Origin: the human T2T-CHM13v2.0 reference genome, Homo sapiens | Assembly: GCF_009914755.1 (NCBI RefSeq) | Contig: NC_060926.1 | DNA length: 64,000 bases | Strand: one strand, 5' to 3' | In this document: positions 57,145 through 64,000 of the stretch, piece after piece | How the letters are laid out: every line of letters starts with the position of its first letter | Position numbering within the stretch: position 1 is the stretch's first letter | Notes under the pieces: generated by a model | What the model was told of the DNA's origin: nothing | What the model saw: the letters and a program-made list of their open reading frames with translations, nothing else | Database searches by the model: none | Position numbers and translations under genes: made by a program

Positions 57145-58530
57145 TTGACCAGGCCGTTGGGCATCACTGGGCCATCCCAGCTGTCCAGAGGGCCCTTGAT
57201 AACGTGCAATGCACCTGGCTTCTCCAAGCAGCACTCAGCAGTCCCCACTGACCAGGTTCCTGCTGACCAGACCCCACACATCAGGTCTTCCCTGACCACA
57301 CCCTCACTGATTAGATCCCCATCACCAGGACCCACTAACAAGACCCCTGCTTCCAGGCCAACAATGACCATGACTCCACTGACCAGGACCTTACTGACAA
57401 GGCCTCATGGACAAGGCCTCACTGAACAGGACCTTACTGACCAGGCCTCCCTGACAAGGCCTCACTGACCAGGTCCTTACTGACCAGGCCTCACTGACAA
57501 GGCCTCACTGACAAAGTCCTTACTAACAAGGCCTCACTGACCAGGACCTTATTGACAAGGCCTCATGGATGAGCTCCTTACTGACAAGTCCTCACTGACC
57601 AGGACCTTATTGACAAGGCCTCACGGACCAGGTCCTTACTGACAAGTCCTCACTGACCAGGACCTTATTGACAAGGCCTCACTGACCAGGTCCTTACTGA
57701 CAAGGCCTCACTGACAAGGCCTCATGGACCAGGTCCTAACTGAGACCTCACTGATCAGGACCTTATTGACAAGGCCTCACTGACCAGGTCCTTACTGACA
57801 AGGCCCCACTGACAAGGCCTCACTGACAAGGTCATTACTGACAAGGCATCACTGATCAGATTCCACTGATCATGACCCCACTACCTGGCCCCACAGATGA
57901 GGCCCCACTGACCAGGCCTCCAGGGAACAGGCTGCCACTGATCAGGCCCCTACTAACCAGGCCTGAGGTGACCAGATGCCCCTGACTGGGACCCTAGTGA
58001 GTAGGCCCCACTGAACAGGCACCGACTGCTCAGGTCCCCGCTGACCAGGTCACCCCGTAGACCAGTGGTACAAAAGCCACCACTGACCAAGTCATCACTG
58101 ACCAGGCCCCCACTGATGAGGTTCCACTGACCAGGCTGCCCTGATCAGGGCCCCACTGACAAGGGCCTCACTGATGAGGACAAGCCCACCAGGCCCTGCT
58201 GACTAGGTCCCATGTGACTAGTCCTCCACTGAATAGCAGCCCTTGACCTGGTCACCAGTGACCCAGCCCATGCTGACCAGGCCACCACTAAGCCCAGCTG
58301 ACCAGGTCGCCACTGGTCAAGCCCCACAGCCCAGGTCTGCACTGACCAGACACCAAACAACTGGCTGCCAATAGGTCCCCACTCGCCAAAACCCCCACTA
58401 CTGGATCCCCCTAATGAGACCCTCCCTAAGCAGACCCCTGCTGGCCAGGCTCCCACTAAACAGGCCTCACTGACCAAGTCCCAACTGACTAGGTCCACTG
58501 AGCAGGCCCACACTGATCAGGCCCCTCCTA
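57145..58530. repeat. Tandem satellite of ~14-15-bp ACTGACCAGG-core units (HSAT5-like)
   Basis: actgacaaggcctc and actgaccaggtcctt units, most homogeneous at ~57380-57870; the HSAT5 name is from memory. Confidence 0.85.
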
Positions 58531-61500
58531 ACCACATCAGAAGGCCAAGTGGCAATGAGATGTTTCATATGGCAGAAATAGAAGCAAGACACAGAGAGAA
58601 AAGAGGTGCCACAGCCCATTATACAACCAGATCACATGAGAACTCACTATCAGATCAGCATCAAGAAGATTAACCACTGGTGAAGGATCCACCACACACA
58701 CCACCGCCTACTGTTTCCAGGCAGAAGCCTCCTGCAGAGGCAGAGCCTCTTGGGAAACTTCTACTATGGCAGTGCAGAAGGGAAATATGGGCTTGGAGCC
58801 CCCACACAGGAGGCCACCATCCTCCAGACCCCAGATTCATAAGCCCACCAACAGCCCGCACCCTCAGTATGCAAAAGCACTCAACACCAGCCCAGCCCAT
58901 GAGAGCAGCCATGGGGGCTAAAGCCTGCAAAGCCACAGGAGCACTGCCCTAGCAGAGGTTTTCCATGAGGATGTGACTCTGCAGCAGGCTACTCCCGCTT
59001 CCTAATACCCACCATCCTCTCACCACCCTACTGACAACCCACTCCTCCCAACACTATCCACTTTATTTCCTTCCAACTCCAACCCCCTCCCATCCATGGT
59101 TAAATCACCTTCCACCAGGCCCCATCTCCAACATTCAAGATTACAATTCACACGAGTTTCTGTAGGGAAACACAGCCAAACCATGTTATTCTGACCCTGA
59201 CCCCTCTGAATCTCATGTCCTTCTCACAGAGCAAAATACAATCACACCTTTTCAAAAGTTGCCAAAAGTCTTAACTCATTCCAGCATTAACTCAAATGTA
59301 AAAGGTTCAACGTCTCATCTGAGACAAGCCTACAGTCCCTTTTGCCTATAAGTCCCTGAATTTAAAAGGGTGTTCTTTTAAGACACAATGATGGTACACC
59401 CATTGGGTAAGCTTTCTCAGTCCAACGGGAAGAAATTTCCCAGCAAAATAACACAGATGGGACCACAGGACCAATGCAAGTCCAAAACCCAGGAGACCAG
59501 TATCCATTCAATCTCACTGCTCCAAAATCATGAAGAGAACTCACCATCACAAGGACAGAAATAAGGAGATTGTGTCTAATCATTTGTGAAGGAGCCACCA
59601 TCACTTTTCACCCCTCACCCCCAACATAATCTCCCCATTCTCCCTATCCCCCACCTCCCAACCCCCACTCTCCACCATGATTAAATCACCTTCCACCAGG
59701 CCCCACCTTTAACATTCCCCATTACAATTCCACACGAATTTTGGTAGGGACACAGAGCTAAATTTTATTATTCTCTCCCTGGCTCCCCAAATCTCATGTC
59801 CTTCTCACATTGCAAACTACAATGATAGCTTCCCTACAGTCCCCCAAAGTCTTATATCATTTCATCATTTATACAAATGTTCAAAGCTTAAAGTCTCATC
59901 TAACACAAGGCTGCAGACCCTTAGGCTCATGAGCCTCTGAAATATAAAGAAAGTTAACTACTTCCAAGGTACAATGCTTATACAGGCAATGGGTAAGCAT
60001 TCCCAGCCAAAAGGAATAATTTTGCCAGAAAGAACAAAACACAGAAAGGACTCACAGGCCCCATGAAACTCCAAACCCAGAAGGCCAGTCACTCAATCCT
60101 ACAGCTCCAAAATTACCCTTTTTGAAACCTTGTCCCACATCCAGGGCACAGGGATGTAAGGGCTGGGCTCCCAAGGCCTTGGGCAGCTCTGCACCTGTGG
60201 CTTTGCAGGGTTTATACCCCACGGCTGTCTTCATGGGCTGGGCTGGTGTTGAGCGCCTGTAGCTTTTACCCACTGACGGTACAAGCTGTTGCGGGGTGTA
60301 TTAATCTGCGGTCTTCATGATGGTGGCCTCCAGTGTGGGGGCTCCAACCCCATATTTTCCTTCTGCACTGCCCTAGTAGAGGTTTCTTATGAGGTTCTGC
60401 CTTTTAGGAAGGCTTTTGCCTAGACACCCAGACATTTCCATACATCCTCCAAAATCTATACAGAGCCTCCCAAGCCCCTAGGCTCATGCTCCATCCAACC
60501 AGTGGCTTAACACTATGAGGAAGTTCATGAGAACTCACTATCACGAGGTCAGCATCAAGAAGATGGTGCTTAATCATTAGTGAAGGATCCGTCCCCAACC
60601 CACCTCCACCCCCTCCTGTTTCCGGACAGAAGCCTGAGGCAGAGCCTGAGCCTCTTGGAAAACCTGTACTATGGCAGTGCAGAAGAAAAATTTGGGCTTG
60701 GAGCCCCTATGCAGGAGGCCACCATCCTCCAGAGCCCAGATTCATAGACCCATCAACAGCTCGCACCTTCAGTATGGAAAAGCTACCGGCACTCAACACC
60801 AGCCCAGCCCATGAGAGCAGCCACGGGGGCTACACCCTGCAAAGCCACAGGTGCACAGTCCTAGCAGAGGTTTTCCACGAGCCTCTGCCTCTGCAGCAGG
60901 CTACTCCTCCTTCCTACTACCCCCACCCTCCCACCACCCTACAGCGAGCTTACTCCTCACCACGCTACCCACCTCTTTTTCCCTCCAACCCCACCCACCT
61001 CCCATCCATGATTAAATCACCTCCCACCAGGCTCCACCTCCAACATTCGGGATTGCAATTCCACATGAGTTTTTCTAGGGAAACACAGCCAAACCATATT
61101 ATTCTGACCTTGACCCCCTCCCCCGAATCTCATGTCATTCTCACAGAGTAAAATACAGTCATGCCTTTTCAAATGTTTACAAAAGCCTTAACTCATTCCA
61201 GCATTAACTCAAATGTAAGAAGTTCAAAGTCTTACCTGATACAAGGCTACGGTCTCTTCTGCCAAGGAGTCCCTGAACTTAAAATGGAGTTCTTTTAAGG
61301 TACGATGATGGTACAGGCATTGGGTAAGCTTTCTCACTCCAAAGGGAAGAAATTTCCCAGAAAAATAACACAAATGGGACCACAGGCCCAATGCACGTCC
61401 AAAACCCAGCAGGCCAGTATTCAAATCTCAAAGCTCCTAAACCATGAAGCAAACTCACTATCAGAAGGACAGCATTACAAAGATGGTGTTTAACCATTTG

Positions 61501-63850
61501 TGAAGAATCTGCCCCCCACCTCTGCTTTTCCCCGCAACCCCAACACAATCCCCCCCAATGCTCCCAACCACCCCCACCTTCCAAACTCCACTCTCCACCA
61601 TGATTAAATCACCTTCCACCAGTCCCCACCTTTAACTTTGCCCATTACAATTCCACATGAGCTTTGGTAGGGACACAGAGCCAAATCATATTATTCTGTC
61701 CCTGGTCCCCCAAATCTCCTGTTTCTTACATTGCAGAATACAATGATACCTTCCCTACAGTCCCCCAAATCTTAAATAATTCCAGCATTTACTCAAATGT
61801 CCAAAGCCCAAAGTCTCGTCTGAGACAAGGCTACAGTCCGATCTGCCCCTGAGTTTCTGAATTATAAAGCAAGTTAACTAATTCCAAGGCACAATGATTG
61901 TACATGCAATGGGTAAGCATTCCCAGCCAGTAGAAAAAAAATGCCAGAAAGAAAAACAAAACACAGATGGGACTCACAGGATACATGAACATCCAAAACC
62001 CAGCAGGCCAGTCATTCAATCCGACAGCTCCAAAATCATCCTTTTTGAATCCTCGTCCCACATCCATGGCACAGGGCTGTGAGGGCTGGGCTCCCAAGGC
62101 CTTGGGCAGATCTGTACCTGTGGCTTCGCAGCGTTCAGCACCCACAGCTGCCTCTCATGGACAGGGCTGTTTTGAATGCCTGTAGCTTTTCCACACTGAG
62201 GGTGCAAGATGTTGGTGGGTCTATGAATCTGGGGTTTGGAGAATGGAGCCTCCCTGTGAGGGGGCTTCAACCCTACATGGCCCTTCTTTGCTGCCCTAGC
62301 AGAGGTTTTCCATGAGCCTCTTGGAAAGGCTACTGCCTGGACACCCAGGCTTTTCTCTACATCCTCTGGAGTCCAGACAAGAGGCTCCAAAGCCTCTAGT
62401 CTCTTGCTCTCTTCACCTGCTGCCTTAACACTATGTGGAAGCCATCAAGGCTTGGAGCCACATCTGAAGTAGTGACCCAAGCTGTACCTGTGCATCATTC
62501 AGCCATGGCTGGAGCTGGGGCTGCAGGGATGCAGGCAGCAGTGTCCTGAGGATGCACACAGCAGCAGGGCCATGGAGCTGGCCCAGGAAGCCATTCTTCT
62601 CTGTTAGGCCCCAGGGCCTGTGAGAGCAAGGGCTACTGCAAAGGTCTCTGAAATGCCTCCAAGGCCTTTTACCCTTTGTCTTGGATACTTGCACTAAGCT
62701 CCTTTTTATGCAAATACTCTAAGCCGTATTGAATTTTCCCCCTGAAAATCAGCTTTTCTTTTTGACCACTTGACTAGGCTGCAAATTTTCCAAACTTTTA
62801 AGCTCCGCTTCTCATTTAAGTAGAAGTTCCAACTTGAGGTCATTTCTTAGCTCATACATAACAACACAGGCTGTTCGACGCAGACAGGACACCTCTTGAG
62901 CTATGCTGCTCAGATGTTCATTCCACAAGATACATCCTAAATCATCACCCCCAAGTTCATAGTTTCACAGATCTCCAGGGCAAGGTCACTGTGCAGCCTC
63001 TGTTGGGCAAATCAAATGTAGTATTGGCTCCTATTCACAGGAAATTCCTGGTTTTCATCCGAGAACTTTTAAGTCTGGCCTTCACTGTCCATCCTTCTGT
63101 CAGCCTTCTGATCACAAGTATTTAACAATTCTCTACAGTGGTCCAAGCTTTTCCTCATCTTGCTGTCTTTTAAGCTTTCCCAACTCTCCCGACCTCTGTC
63201 TTTTACCCACTACTGAACCTGCTTCTACATTATCAGCTCTCTGTGTCACAGCCTGGCAATGTGGTAAAAGAAGAAAAGTCCATTTTCAGGGAAAAAATTC
63301 ACATAGGCTTCAGATATTTGCATGAAAAGAAGCTGAGTGCTGCTTGCCAAGACAATGGGGAAAAGGCCTTGAAGGCATTTCATAGGGAAAAGACCTTGAA
63401 GGAATTTCATAGCTTCCCTTCACAGTACTAACCTTCTGTATGATCAAAAAGAAAAGAGGTTTCATTGGCTCACAGTTCTGCAGGCTGCAAAGGAAGCATA
63501 GTAGTTTCTGCTTCTGGGAGGACTCAGGTGCTCCCAATCTTACTAGAAGACCAAGCGGCAAGGAGATGTTTCATACAGCAGGAGAAGGAGCAAGACAGAG
63601 AGAGGAAAGAGGTGCCACATCATGTTATACAAGCAGATCTCATGAGAAATCACTATCACGAGGTCAGCATCATGAAGATGCTGCTTAACCATTGGTGAAG
63701 GCTTCCACCCTGCAAAACTACCTCCCATTGTTTCCAGGCAGAAGCATGCTGCAGAGGCAGAGCTTCTTCGGAAACCTCTGTGAGGCCAGTGCAGAAGGAA
63801 AATATGGGCTTGGAGGACTAACACAGGGAGCCACCACCCTCCAGACCACA
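58530..63850. repeat. Tandemly amplified MST/THE1-type MaLR LTR-derived array
   Basis: Recurring catgagaactcactatca, atgattaaatcacc, ccaggccccacc and gggctcccaaggccttgggcag blocks with ~1.9-kb period. Confidence 0.8.
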
Positions 63851-63854
63851 GGCG

Positions 63855-64000
63855 CACCCTTGCAGAGGTGACTGGTTGCTCTTTGAGCCAGCTTGGCCTT
63901 GCCTGGCATGCACAGGCCCCAGGTAGCAACATGCTGCTCCGAGTGAGCTTGTCCTGCCTTGACACAAATTCTAAGTCTGGCCAGGGCCACAGAAGGCCGA
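63855..64000. repeat. Dispersed multicopy sequence related to 30801-30862, running off the window
   Basis: tgcagaggtg(a/g)ctggttgctcttt(g/c)agccagcttggccttg(c/t)ctggcatgcacagg is shared. Confidence 0.6.

Noticed and set aside
57145-58530. CRISPR-like look of conserved cores with variable linkers
   Set aside because: Linkers are only 4-6 nt and repetitive, there are no cas genes, and the context is primate; it is a satellite.

Overview
Human/primate genomic DNA with no intact protein-coding gene that I can support. It looks like a segmental-duplication mosaic. On the minus strand, three unrelated unprocessed gene fragments lie head-to-tail with most splice sites kept: TBC1D3/TBC1D26/USP6-type TBC exons (56.5-54.5 kb), CYP4F exons 7-9 (54.2-53.2 kb) and FAR2 exons ~5-9 (45.3-33.0 kb). 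A full-length processed KLF2 pseudogene (plus strand, 14-bp TSD, split by a trimeric Alu) sits antisense in a FAR2 intron. From memory this arrangement matches the 2q21.1 FAR2P/KLF2P/CYP4F-pseudogene modules (orientation suggests FAR2P2/KLF2P2/CYP4F62P); the copy cannot be fixed without alignment. The rest is an orphan CpG island (~5 kb), about 20 Alus, old L1M and L1PA pieces, a solo LTR22, MLT1/L2/MER/Tigger fossils, an HSAT5-like 14/15-bp satellite (57.1-58.5 kb) and a tandem MST-type LTR array (58.5-63.9 kb). Best leads: the intron-phase-compatible TBC-CYP4F-FAR2 chimera, retained miRNA/Pumilio sites in the KLF2 retrocopy 3'UTR, and nested hairpins around a TBC micro-exon. All functional ideas are inference. 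I found no evidence for a new protein-based system.
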